Shown here in pieces: positions 39,063-51,722 of a stretch of 64,000 bases of DNA (its first letter is position 1; every line of letters starts with the position of its first letter). The stretch lies in contig CM075993.1 of assembly GCA_038087875.1 (NCBI GenBank), positions 994,001 to 1,058,000 of the forward strand, in the 5' to 3' direction. The stretch comes from Malacoraja senta (Eukaryota). The translations under genes and the position numbers were made by a program. The notes beneath the pieces are model-generated. The model was given only the letters and a program-made list of their open reading frames with translations, made no database searches and was not told the origin of the DNA.

Positions 39063-41179
39063 CTCTCTACTGTAACTATGTGCCCTTTTATGAGATTCTC
39101 CCACACAGTGAAAACACATCAAGATCTAGTTCCCCCTAAGGATCTTATCTACTTCAATAATATCATCCCTCATTCTTCCAAACTCCATAGCAGGAAATGG
39201 GAATAAAGAATTCATGGCACTGTGCTTCCACGCTCTGCCTGCCTGCAGTTTCATGTTGAAGTAGTCTCAACGGATTCCAAATTGAATGCTTCTCATTTGT
39301 CAGGCAATGAAGATATGTTGATCATCCCATATCAATGATAGCCCATTCTTCTTTGCTACCTATCTGCATTTAAATCGCAGCTTGCCCAGATATTACATAC
39401 ATATTAATATCTTTGAAGAGGTTCACGTGTTCATTTATAATTTGATTAGTACACAGAGCAACAATTCCGCTCATAGCTAATCCACATATTACACAGAAAC
39501 ATATTTCTGTAGCAAATACTGTACATTTACATTCAGTGCTTAGAAACAACTCTCATTTCAAATCCAATTTGTTTTAATATAATTGTCCAAAACATTAGTA
39601 CTACCAAAAGCTAACACTAAGTCACCAACTCACCCTACCTTGACTTGACCTTTTAGTAAAATAAAATTCCCCCATGATCTTCAGCCAGCTTTGATCATTC
39701 TTTTGCAGCAGCATCTGTGACCTATCTCATATCGCTCCATGTATTTCTGAATCAAGTAGAGTTGGCTGCAATCACAAGATAAACGGCATCTTTGAACTCA
39801 TGCATTAAAGACGAGGTTGGAGTGCCATGATTGAGTTTACCGAGTCCCACCTGCACTGCCCACTGTGACACGAGCCGACATGAAAGACAAGTAGTCATCA
39901 TCCCTGGCTTATATAATGTGTCCCAACCTACCATTCCTTGGTTTAAGGGCTTGACAAGACCAGATCATTGGATTATTAGTTCGGGATTACAATCCCCAGT
40001 CCTTTCCTTTAAATTCCAATTTGATGTCATTACAATTGGTTTGTTTCCATCTTGCATCCCTGAGCAAAATAACTTTTTTTTTCCTGTTTTGTTTCCTTGT
40101 TTGGTTACGGGGTATTGTTGTGAATAATGTATGATATTATTGATTATTGCACATTTATTTATGTCATCGCATTAACATGTCTGTTGAGCAGCAGCAAGCA
40201 AGAATGTAATTGCTTCCTTGCTGGTACATAAAAACTTGATGACGGAGAAAGACACGGAGAGGTGGACGGGGTTAAGGAGGGAATTCCAAACCTCATGTAC
40301 ACTGATTGCTAATAGACAGACACAAAAAAGCTGGAGTAACTCAGCGGGACAGGCAGCATCTCTGGAGAGAAGGAATGGGTGACGTTTCGGCTCGAGACCC
40401 TTCTTCAGACTAAGTCGGTTTAAACCTGCATCTGCAGTTCCACCATAGACACTAATTGCTAACCTGGTTAGGTCAGCACCAACTGGGAACAGAACATGAT
40501 AACACAAGACCTTCCCATCTTCAGACTGAGGAACACAGCAGATGAGGAATTCCCCATTGCAGTGGTTTGCGGAAGCAGAATTGTCCGTTACCCAAATCCT
40601 GAATTGTGCGTTATCACGTTGATGGCAAGAGTTAATATAAGGTTGAACCATAATGTCAAATGTACCACACGTGGTGAAATAAGTCTTGCACACAGACTGC
40701 TGCTCTGAACATCAAGTTAACACATCATCAACCTACAATTGACTGCAATAGTCATTCCATAATCTGTTGCGATTTTGTATTGTGGCTTCCCTTGGGGAAC
40801 TCCTTCTGCCTCAATGAGCACACTGAGGTCGATTCTTTAAGAAGCTCAGATGGCAGATCTTAATTTGCAGCCTTCCATGTGAGAGTACACAGCTCAGCTA
40901 AGCACTAACAAAGCCAGATTTACACACTTGAATTAAAGCGCAGAGTGAGAGAGTAACTGTGTACGGCCCAACACTCTCCCCTTCAAATCTAAGGAGAGTG
41001 AGGTAGCTGAAGCCTGGAGCCCTTCCTCAAACCTCCACATCTCGACTTGAATACGAGTAAAGATGTTAATGTATCACGGGAAGGTGGACACGAGGCAAAA
41101 GCTGAGCCATAAGCAATGACTGATGAAGATGCTGAATGTTCAGGACCATTATCACACGCTGCTAGTCCAATGTGTCAGA

Positions 41180-41393
41180 GAGAACTGCAGATGCTGGTTT
41201 AAATCGAAGATAGACACAAAAAGCTGGAGTAACTTAGTGGGACAGGCAGCATATCTGGAGAGAAGGAATGGATGACGTTTCGGGTCGAGACCCTTCTTCA
41301 GTCTGAAGAAGGATCTCGACCAACGTCACCCATTCCTTCTCTCCAGAGATGTTGCCTGTCCCGCTGAGTTACTCCAGCATTTTGTGTCTATCT
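41180..41393. mobile_element. Head-to-head PLE terminus pair joined at the hammerhead cores
   Basis: ...gggtcgagacccttcttcag-t-ctgaagaaggatctcgacc... with ~85-bp inverted arms. Confidence 0.85.
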
Positions 41394-41601
41394 GCTGCTA
41401 TTCCTATGTTTTATCTGCCATATCCTTTTCTATTCTTTAAAGTGCCCTTTTAGACTGCTACTGTCATTGTTGGTCACTTAGTCTAATATCTCCTTTAAAA
41501 AAGGCACGCAGTACTGGAGTTACTCAGAATTGTTGGAAAAACTTCTCAAGAAAGGTCTCAACCTGAAACGTGGCCCATCTATGTTCACCCGAGCCGCTGA
41601 G

Positions 41602-41915
41602 TTAGTTTAGTTTTAGTTTAGAGATATAGTGCGGTAACAGGCCCTTTGGCCCACCCAGTCCGCACCGACCAGCGATCCCCACACATTAACACAATCCTAC
41701 ACACACTAGGATCAATATACATTTACACCAAGCCAATTAACCTACAAACCTGCACGTTTTTCCAACAATTTGGAGTGTCGGAGGAAACCGAACATCTCGG
41801 GGAAAACCCACGCAGGTCACACGGAGAACGTACAAACTCCGTACAGACAGCACCCGTAGTCGGGATCGAACCAGTGTCTCTGGCGCTGTGAGGCAGCAAC
41901 TCTACCGCTGCGCCA
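41602..41915 (-). mobile_element. HE1-like V-SINE inserted in a PLE terminus
   Basis: (TTTAG)n tail at left, tRNA head at right; flanks rejoin to ccgctgagtt|actccagca. Confidence 0.85.
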
Positions 41916-44304
41916 CCAGCGCTTACTCCAGCACTTTTTTTGTAAACCAGCATCTACAGTTCCTTGTGTCTAACATCTCCTTAGTGCAATACGTATGGGA
42001 ATGTTAACATTAATGGTACAATATAAATGCACGTTTTTGGTGGAGTGTCAAATTGCCTTTGGCTCCTCCAGAGCAAAGAGTAGAAATTAGACTTTGGTCA
42101 TTAAATGCTTGGTAAAACAGCATAAAAGCGTTGAACTCATACATTTTGATACCTTTTTCTTGTTCTTCATCTATCATTACTGCAGGCAGCTAAAATATAT
42201 CTCAGTTAAGGACCACTTAATAACTCAATCCGTTCCCCAGTTGCCTTTACTCCCATCTGTTAAAAGCATTGCGTTTTTCTCAGACTCAGGCCTATGTACA
42301 TGATGTTTTACACAGAGGGAACCAAGAGTTTGTACATTTGTGCACTACATTCTATAAAGTGTTGATTTCTTCCAACATTGATTTTAGTTTTGTTCAGTTG
42401 AAAGATACAGCATGGAAACAGAGCAATCAGCACACTGAATCCACACCGACCATTCATCTGCTGTTTATAGCAGTTCTGTTGTCCCACAAATGCATCCAAC
42501 TCCCTGCACACACTGGGGGGAAATTTTACAAACCCGCATGTCTTTGAGGTGTGGGAGGAAACCAGAGCACCCGGAGGAAACCCACGCGGTCACAGGGAGA
42601 ACGTGCAAACTCCACAACAGACAATACGCGAGTTCAGGATGGAAGCCGGGTCTCTGGCACTATAAGGGAAGGGTTCCACCTGCTGTGTCTCTGTGCCTCC
42701 TCGACTGATTGAATCAAATGTCAGGAGGACAATATGCATGGACATCGCACATCTACAACTTGATCAATGAGATTTGAAGTTTGCCACCAGGATTGGGTTG
42801 CAAGATGCAGGACAGAACGCCACAGGAGATCCTTCTTCCCTGTGGCTATCAAACTGTACAACTCCTCCAACTTCTGTCGTGGTGTGACTGAGACTGACTC
42901 CCTTCCTCCCCCCACCCCCCACCACCCCTTCCCTAATCTTTGAGCATCCCAATCCTTTCCACTCGTCACTTTAATTTCATGTTTCAGGTATGTTGTGTTT
43001 TTATGACTGTTGGCAGATCAATTTCCCCCCTGGGATGAATAAAGTTCTATCGTATCGTATCACATTGTACCGACCGATTCTCCCTCCCATCCTTTGAGTC
43101 TTGTTACGTGCTGATGGACATTCTCTAGTCTCTCCCATAAACGACACGCGGAATTTGGATCCTTCGATAGAGTCGATGCTCTCAGGAGACAAACCAGAAA
43201 ATGTCAGGGAATAAAAGTAGGAAAGGCTAAACGGTGGCTAGCTCAGAGGTATTTCAGTCTCCTGTTAAAATGATAGATGGAAAAAACAGGAAAAAAGTGT
43301 GAAAATGCATTAATGAGGCTTTTGTCAGGGATTTGTATGTCAAGGGCACTTAGGTCCCTTCGACTCAACAAGAAATGATCAATTGGAGCCACTTCTGTCG
43401 TCAAGTTGTCCAAACCCATCAACATCCCAGCGAGAAGATGTGGCACAAAGCCACAAGGGAAACAGCTCGCTTTGTGAGCAGCGTTTTATTGACAAATATA
43501 TTTTCAAAGAGGAAGAGAAGGAAAAGAACAATATCTGAATTGAAATTGAACAGAAATGTTAAAAAAAACATTTTTTTGTCGGAGAATACGAAATTTAAAC
43601 ATTGTTCCCCCCAAAAAAGAGGCGCAGGGAGTGTAATGTTCAGAGTAGCAGTCTTGGGCAAAATTGATGAAGGATTCAGAGAGCTTGAACAGTGATGCAC
43701 AACATTTTTGCTCTCTTCCACATGAAATATATTCAACCGACTATGGAATTGGAGGGTGCTGATTGAAAAACCTCTGAGCAATTGGAAGAAAGTTGGAAAA
43801 TTACAAGGGGAAACACGGAAACACGGAAACACAAGATGATGCAGCCACCAGTGAGAAGGTCGGTCAGAGACCACATAATGAAATGGATAATTCGATGGGA
43901 AAATGAGAAGCCACTCAGTCACAAACACTGCAAGGGACAGTGTGAATGGTCAAGTCATGGGTGATTTAGGTGCTTTCAAAGAGCATATTCATCTAAAAAA
44001 ACAGAGGAAAATTAGCTATGGACGAACACACAGATGAGATAGAGTTTTGTATATCCATTCTACGGGAAAGTAAGAGGTTAGTTGTTGACTGTGAATGAAA
44101 TGAAATAAATTTAAAGATGAGTGAGGATATAAAGAGGGGTGGGTGGACAATCTAGGCAGAAAATTGTGTGTTTGCAGCTGTGAAATGGTAGACTGGCTCA
44201 GATTCAAAATATTCCCAGTCAGGTTGAATTGATTGTTGTATGCAGAAGTAGGTGAGGTATAGGAACAATGACAATCTTGCTTACCGCAGCATCACAGGCA
44301 TATG

Positions 44305-44440
44305 GGGGAGGGAGACTGCAGCCTTCACGTGGTCCACCCTGTTTCGTCGAATGCAATCAACCTGGCGTGCACAAACAGAAGATCAAACAGAACCAGTTGT
44401 CTTACAACTTTCGGCTGTGCACGCCATACAGAAGAAGAAG
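44305..44440 (+). mobile_element. Short non-autonomous retroposon with 5' HDV-like ribozyme fold and (AAG)n tail, copy 2
   Basis: 11-bp degenerate TSD acaggcatatg (44294-44304) / ataggcagatg (44441-44451); GGGGAGG-GA-GACUGCA-GCC-UUCACGU-GGU-CCACCCU-GUUUCGU-CGAA-UGCAAUC; tail gccatacagaagaagaag. Confidence 0.85.
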
Positions 44441-44548
44441 ATAGGCAGATGGACTCAGACAGCATCCAATTTGACAAGACAGTGAAAATAAAAAAGGCAG
44501 TGCCCAAAACACAATTATATAACAATTGTTTGGTGGTGGTGGATAATG

Positions 44549-45480
44549 GTTTGGTGTGGTGGATAATGAAGTCGATTTTCAAAGTCTACAGAGAGATTTA
44601 GGCCATTTGGAAGAGTGGGCTGAAAGATGGCAGATGGAGTTTAATGCTGACAAATGTGAGGTGCTACATCTCGGCAGGACAAATCAAAATAGGACGTACA
44701 TGGTAAATGGTAGAGAATTGAGGAATGCAGTTGAACAGAGGGATCTAGGAATAACTGTGCATAGTTCCCTGAAGGTGGAATCTCATGTAGATAGGGTGGT
44801 AAAGAAAGCTTTTGGTGTGCTGGCCTTTATAAATCAGAGCATTGAATATAGAAGTTGGGATGTAATGTTAAAATTGTACAAGGCATTGGTGAGGCCAATT
44901 CTGGAGTATGGAGTACAATTTTGGTCGCCTAATTATAGGAAGGATGTCAACAAAATAGAGAGAGTACAGAGGAGATTTACTAGAATATTGCCTGGGTTTC
45001 AGCAACTAAGTTACAGAGAAAGGTTGAACAAGTTAGGTCTTTATTCTTTGGAGCGCAGAAGGTTAAGAGGGGACTTGATAGAGGTCTTTAAAATTATGAG
45101 CGGGTTAGACAGAGTTGACGTGGATAAGCTTTTTCCATTGAGAGTAGGGAAGATTCAAACAAGGGGACATGACTTGAGAATTAAGGGACAGAAGTTTATG
45201 GGTAACATTAGGGGGAACTTCTTTACTCAGAGAGTGGTAGCTGTGTGTAATGAGCTTCCAGTGGAAGTGGTGGAGGCTGGTTCGATTTTATCCTTTAAAA
45301 ATAGATTGGATGAGTATATGGACGGGAAAGGAATGGAGGGTTATGGTCTGAGTTCAGGTAGACGGGACTAGGGGGAAGTATTTTTTTTTTTCTTCTTCTT
45401 TTTTTTAATGTTCGGCACGGACTTGAAGGGCCGAGATGGCCTGTTTCCGTGCTGTAATGGTTATATGGTTATTATATGGT
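44549..45480 (+). mobile_element. Young CR1-type LINE, 5'-truncated; 271-aa uninterrupted RT C-terminal ORF
   Basis: ORF 44556-45371 (WQMEFNADKCEVLHLG...LYKALVRPILEY...QRRFTR); 3' tail (ATATGGTT)n. Confidence 0.95.
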
Positions 45481-45764
45481 AAAAAGACGCTTGTAGTCAT
45501 CCAATAGGGCCATTGCTGAGGTAGGATATTTGAGAGTGCCTCTGTGAAGTATCTTAGCGTGTTGCACAGGATTAAAAGTGCAATGGTAATATAGCTTATA
45601 TTTGCAAAATACATAAATACAAAGATTAAAAGGTGCAAGAAGGATTTTTAATTTTTGTATACCTTCTGATAAGGAAATTACATGCTGAGAAGATGGTGCA
45701 TTACTCAAGGAAAGAGACAAAATGCCAGAGTAACTCAGCGGTTAGGCAGCATCGCTGGAGGACA

Positions 45765-48098
45765 TGGATAAGTGACGTTTTGGGTCAGGATCCTTCTTCA
45801 GACTCAATATGGATAGGTGACATTTCGGGTTGGGACCCTTCTTCAGACTCAACAATGATAGGTGACATTTTGGGTTGGGACCCTTTGTCAGACTCAATAT
45901 GGATAGGTGACATTTCGGGTTGGGACCCTTCTTCAGACTCAATATGGATAGGTGACATTTCGGGTTGGGACCCTTCTTCAGACTCAATATGGATAGATGA
46001 CATTTTGGGTTGGGACCCTTCTTCAGACTCAACAATGATAGATGACATTTCGGGTTGGGACCCTTCTTCAGACTCAACAATGATAGATGACATTTCGGGT
46101 TGGGACCCTTCTTCAGACTCAATATGGATAGATGACATTTCGGGTTGGGACCCTTCTTCAGACTCAACAATGATAGATGACATTTCGGGTTGGGACCCTT
46201 CTTCAGACTCAACAATGATAGATGACATTTCGGGTTGGGACCCTTCTTCAGACTCAACAATGATAGATGACATTTCGGGTTGGGACCCTTCTTCAGACTC
46301 AATATGGATAGGTGACATTTCGGGTTGGGACCCTTCTTCAGACTCAACAATCATAGATGACATTTCGGGTTGGGACCCTTCTTCAGACTCAACAATCATA
46401 GATGACATTTCGGGTTGGGACCCTTCTTCAGACTCAACAATGATAGATGACATTTCGGGTTGGGACCCTTCTTCAGACTCAACAATGATAGATGACATTT
46501 CGGGTTGGGACCCTTCTTCAGACTCAACAATGATAGATGACATTTCGGGTTGGGACCCTTCTTCAGATTCAACAATGATAGATGACATTTCGGGTTGGGA
46601 CCCTTCTTCAGACTCAATATGGATAGATGACATTTCGGGTTGGGACCCTTCTTCAGACTCAACAATGATAGATGACATTTCGGGTTGGGACCCTTCTTCA
46701 GACTCAACAATGATAGATGACATTTCGGGTTGGGACCCTTCTTCAGACTCAACAATGATAGATGACATTTCGGGTTGGGACCCTTCTTCAGACTCAACAA
46801 TGATAGATGACATTTCGGGTTGGGACCCTTCTTCAGACTCAACAATGATAGATGACATTTCGGGTTGGGACCCTTCTTCAGACTCAACAATGATAGATGA
46901 CATTTCGGGTTGGGACCCTTCTTCAGACTCAACAATGATAGATGACATTTCGGGTTGGGACCCTTCTTCAGATTCAACAATGATAGATGACATTTCGGGT
47001 TGGGACCCTTCTTCAGACTCAACAATCATAGATGACATTTCGGGTTGGGACCCTTCTTCAGATTCAACAATGATAGATGACATTTCGGGTTGGGACCCTT
47101 CTTCAGACTCAACAATCATAGGTGACATTTCGGGTTGGGACCCTTCTTCAGACTCAACAATGATAGATGACATTTCGGGTTGGGACCCTTCTTCAGACTC
47201 AACAATGATAGATGACATTTCGGGTTGGGACCCTTCTTCAGACTCAACAATGATAGATGACATTTCGGGTTGGGACCCTTCTTCAGACTCAACAATGATA
47301 GATGACATTTCGGGTTGGGACCCTTCTTCAGACTCAACAATGATAGATGACATTTCGGGTTGGGACCCTTCTTCAGACTCAACAATGATAGATGACATTT
47401 CGGGTTGGGACCCTTCTTCAGACTCAACAATGATAGATGACATTTCGGGTTGGGACCCTTCTTCAGATTCAACAATGATAGATGACATTTCGGGTTGGGA
47501 CCCTTCTTCAGACTCAACAATCATAGATGACATTTCGGGTTGGGACCCTTCTTCAGATTCAACAATGATAGATGACATTTCGGGTTGGGACCCTTCTTCA
47601 GACTCAACAATCATAGGTGACATTTCGGGTTGGGACCCTTCTTCAGACTCAATATGGATAGATGACATTTCGGGTTGGGACCCTTCTTCAGACTCAACAA
47701 TGATAGATGACATTTCGGGTTGGGACCCTTCTTCAGACTCAACAATGATAGATGACATTTCGGGTTGGGACCCTTCTTCAGACTCAACAATGATAGATGA
47801 CATTTCGGGTTGGGACCCTTCTTCAGACTCAACAATGATAGATGACATTTCGGGTTGGGACCCTTCTTCAGACTCAACAATGATAGGTGACATTTCGGGT
47901 TGGGACCCTTCTTCAGACTCAACAATCATAGATGACATTTCGGGTTGGGACCCTTCTTCAGACTCAACAATGATAGATGACATTTCGGGTTGGGACCCTT
48001 CTTCAGACTCAACAATCATAGATGACATTTCGTGTTGGGACCCTTCTTCAGACTCAACAATGATAGATGACATTTCGGGTTGGGACCCTTCTTCAGAT
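45765..48098 (-). repeat. Tandem array of ~51 x 45-bp units, each a PLE-derived hammerhead-like core on the minus strand
   Basis: Unit gactcaacaatgatagatgacatttcgggttgggacccttcttca; reverse complement contains CTGAAGA-A-GGGT-ccca-ACCC-GAAA-TGTC. Confidence 0.95.
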
Positions 48099-51000
48099 TC
48101 TTGGTACTCAAGATTTTCCAACATCTCATCACGGAATCAAAAAATAAGCAGTCAGAGTACATCCAGTATTGAAAATGAACCTGATGTGGTTAACAACCTA
48201 ACAGTGTGTGAACACTCATCTAATGGCAAAGTAAAAATGTTTTTTTAATGCAACATGATAAATAGGTACTATTTAGGGAAGATTGGTTTTAACACGATGA
48301 GGCAGAGATCATGCTCAGTAAACAAGCTGAATCTGCCAATGGGAAAAATGACCAAGGATCAGAGACTCAAGCAAACCAGCCCCCCCCCCCCCCCCCACCC
48401 CACCCCACCCCCAATCGATTCCATCTACACCACAGTGCCTCAGGAAAGCAGCAAACATAATCAAAGATCATTCACATCCAGGTCACTCTCACACAGAGGT
48501 TCATAAGTGATAGGAGCAGAATCAGGCCATTCCACCCATCCAGTCTACTCCGCCATTCAATCATGGCTAATCTAGCTCTTACTGTTGGTGGTAGAGTCTG
48601 GGACAAAGAGACTAATATTTGAATTCAGAGATAAAAGAGGAATGAAGTGAGGAAACATTTCCACCTACAAGTGGCGATCAAAATGTGACCATTTTAACCG
48701 CAGTTGGAAATTGCGAATGTTGAGTTGAGACTGGTTGTTTTTTGCTAACCAAAGGAGTTAAGGAATATGGGGAAAGGGCAGTAGTTGGCGTGAGATCACA
48801 GGTCAACCAGGCCATCATATAATTTCATCTTCATTCTGGCCCGAAACATCACCCATCCATGTTCTCCAGACATGCTCTTCTACAGATGCTGCCCGACTTG
48901 CTGAGGTACTCCAGCACTTTGTGTCTTTTTCCTTCATCTACTGGTGACATCAATGTTCTCGGGGGCTAAATGGCCTTCTTCCAAACTTCCTACTGCAATC
49001 CAACTAGCAAGGGATTATCTGTCAACAGTCAACGTGTCAACAAGAATCAACAATTTCCACACATCAGATCTTTGTGCAGCTTTGGTGGCAGTGAACCCCC
49101 TGGTGATATTGACGCTCTATACTGACACTATCTAAAGCTGCATCGTCACACAAGTATGCTGCAACATTTTATAACCTTTTAAACTGATTTAGCTTTTATT
49201 GAGTTTATAACTTACATTCCAAGCTCTGGAAAAAGATGAAATTTTAATGAGGTTTAAAGCTGAAATGGCCTGGCCTGCTGAGTAGGCTTTTATGTGACCT
49301 AGAAATGATGAGATTATTTGAAATGCTTATCTCCTCACATTAAAATAAAGCAAGAGAGGCCTGCGACGGTTTGAACACTCACTGGGCCTACTCCTACAAA
49401 CCCAGTGGACAAACATCAAGCAGTGTCCCAGGTTCCTCCAGAGCCTGAGCTGAAACACCACATCACAATCAGGAAGCAGGAGCAAAGACCAATTCTACAC
49501 CCTTCCCAACATCTGCAGACTCCTGGATCTCTGTAAACCTCTCTCAGCCCACCTCTCCTCATCTCTGAGACCCCCTCCAATCTCACGCTTCTCTCTTACA
49601 GCCTGCTGCAACCACACACCTTGTTCCCCTGTCCTCGTGCACACCCTTCAATGTGCTGATCTAGCAGCAGTAGATATATCGTGCAGACATCAGCAGACGA
49701 GATCTTTCCTGAACGTCTCCAAGCCCTTGAAGATGGCCGTTCCACCCTCCTCTATCAGCCTATATATAATCTGACCTATTGTGGTGTGGTGCCAAATCCA
49801 AGCCGAGATCATTGATGCTGCCGTGAAAGAGCTCTTGACTTGTAAGCATATAAAGGATGCTGGTATTTTGAGTTTGAGGGAAAAGTCCCGACTTGAAACG
49901 GCATCAGTCCACAGATGCTGCCCGACCCGCTGAGTTCCCCCAGCAGTGTGCTTTTGCTTTACATAAACGTAACTCGATTTGCTTTCCACTGCACTTATCA
50001 GTCGCAATCCTCTGCACAAGACTGGCTTCCAACTGGCACCATTCTGCTATGCAACTCTGACCGGAGATGAGAAGCAGCTCACTGATGGGAGAAGCAGTGC
50101 CGTTCAGAGGACAGGCAGACTCAGAAGGGCATCACTGAGTTTCTGGAAGTATAAATGTCCCTGCTGTTTACATTATGCCACTGAAGTGGAAACTGCCACT
50201 AGAACAACAGTGCCACGTGCAATGCGGGTAAGAATCGCTGAGAAATGGTTTATGGTATCATCTTTGACACCATTAATGCTAAACTACAGCTGTCAAGCAG
50301 ATTGAAGTAATATTAAAAAACTTGAATTGGTCACACTTCATTGCAAAGAGGCTGCACTTGGCCAACCTAATGGCTCTCATAAGAGTCACACTCAAATAGA
50401 AATACACAATTTTTTCCAATCCCATTATCACCTAAGCACTGATGTAGAATGCATTCCAGCACTGGCCTTTGGGATGAATAGAAACCAGTCATTCAGAAGA
50501 TCATCTGCCCATTCACACAATATGCCTTTAAACAAAAGTGCGGAGAATACGAACATCAGCAGGAGGTGAATCTTGGGGAAGGACTGTGAGCTGCCAGCTC
50601 TGGCTGTGCCAGCAGCACTGTGAAATAGACAGGCAGACAACCCAAAGCAATGCATTAACCTGCATTAGATACAAAACGCTGGAGTAACTCAGCGGGACAG
50701 GCAGCATCTCTGGAGAGAAGGAATGGGTGACGTTTCTATGAGTTACTCCAGCATTTTGAGTCTATCTTCGGTGTAAACCAGCATCTGTAGTTCCTTCCTA
50801 CACATTTACCTGCATTAGTCTACTCAAGGCATGGCTTGCAGCCATGTTCCTGCAGGGTACTTCTGATTTCAGAAATGGAAATACTTCTATTTATTAAACT
50901 TTAATGTTGGAAAATGCAAAGAACTCTTTACAGGAGCATGTCAGAGTTTGATACTGAGCCACCTGTAGGTATTGACCAACTCACTACTGTCCAAAAGCTT

Positions 51001-51470
51001 GGGCTAAATCTACCTTGGGTAGGTTTTAAGGAGTTTTAAGGAACGGGGTACTGATTGTGGATGATCTGCCATGATCACATTGAATGGTGGCGCTGGCTCG
51101 AAGGGCCGAATGGCCTACTCCTGCACCTATTGTCTATTGAGTGCGTGATGAGAACAAGAGTAGAGAGATTTAGGGAATAAATTTCAAGGCCTGAAGACAG
51201 AACTGCAATTAGCAGAGCGATTAAAGTCAGGACTATGCAAGAGGCAAGGACTGGAAGAGAGTTGATATGTTTCAGGATTATAGAACCGGTGCAGGCCACA
51301 CTGTTGGGGTCAAAGCAAGGTTACGACGCATAATTAAAAATAAGTGTACCATCTCAGGTACCACAGGTGCCGGCCCACGGCATTAAATGGTTCTTGTCCA
51401 GGTGCATGACCACCAACATATCCTTGGGAAGGCCGGGAAGAGCTCCATTCTGAGCTGCCTGGCCTCTTTA

Positions 51471-51719
51471 AGGGCCTGCCCCACTTTCAGGACCTAATTC
51501 ACGACCTCTGCCGAGTTTGCCCTTGACTCATACTCGCAACATGGTCGTCACGAGGTCGTAGGAGGTCGTCACTAGGTCGTAGGTAGGTCGTAGCAGGCCG
51601 TGTTGCTAGTCGTAGGTACTCGTGGCATCAAGTAGGTCGGGGCGTTTTTTCTAGCCTGATGAAAAATGTCCACGAGTAAAAAAGGTGGTGAATTAGGTGG
51701 TGAAAGTGGGACAGGACCT
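51471..51719. mobile_element. PIF/Harbinger-like MITE
   Basis: TTA|AGGGCCTGCCCCACTTTCA...TGAAAGTGGGACAGGACCT|TTA; sibling of 14784-15016. Confidence 0.85.
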
Positions 51720-51722
51720 TTA

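Noticed and set aside
45633..48248. 871-aa (+) and 779-aa (-) ORFs with 15-aa repeats (DDISGWDPSSDSTMI / ESEEGSQPEMSSIIV), superficially like a repeat surface protein
   Set aside because: The 45-bp unit is a multiple of 3 and derives from a non-coding PLE terminus; it is open on both strands, and the flanking residues translate ordinary repeat or unique DNA.
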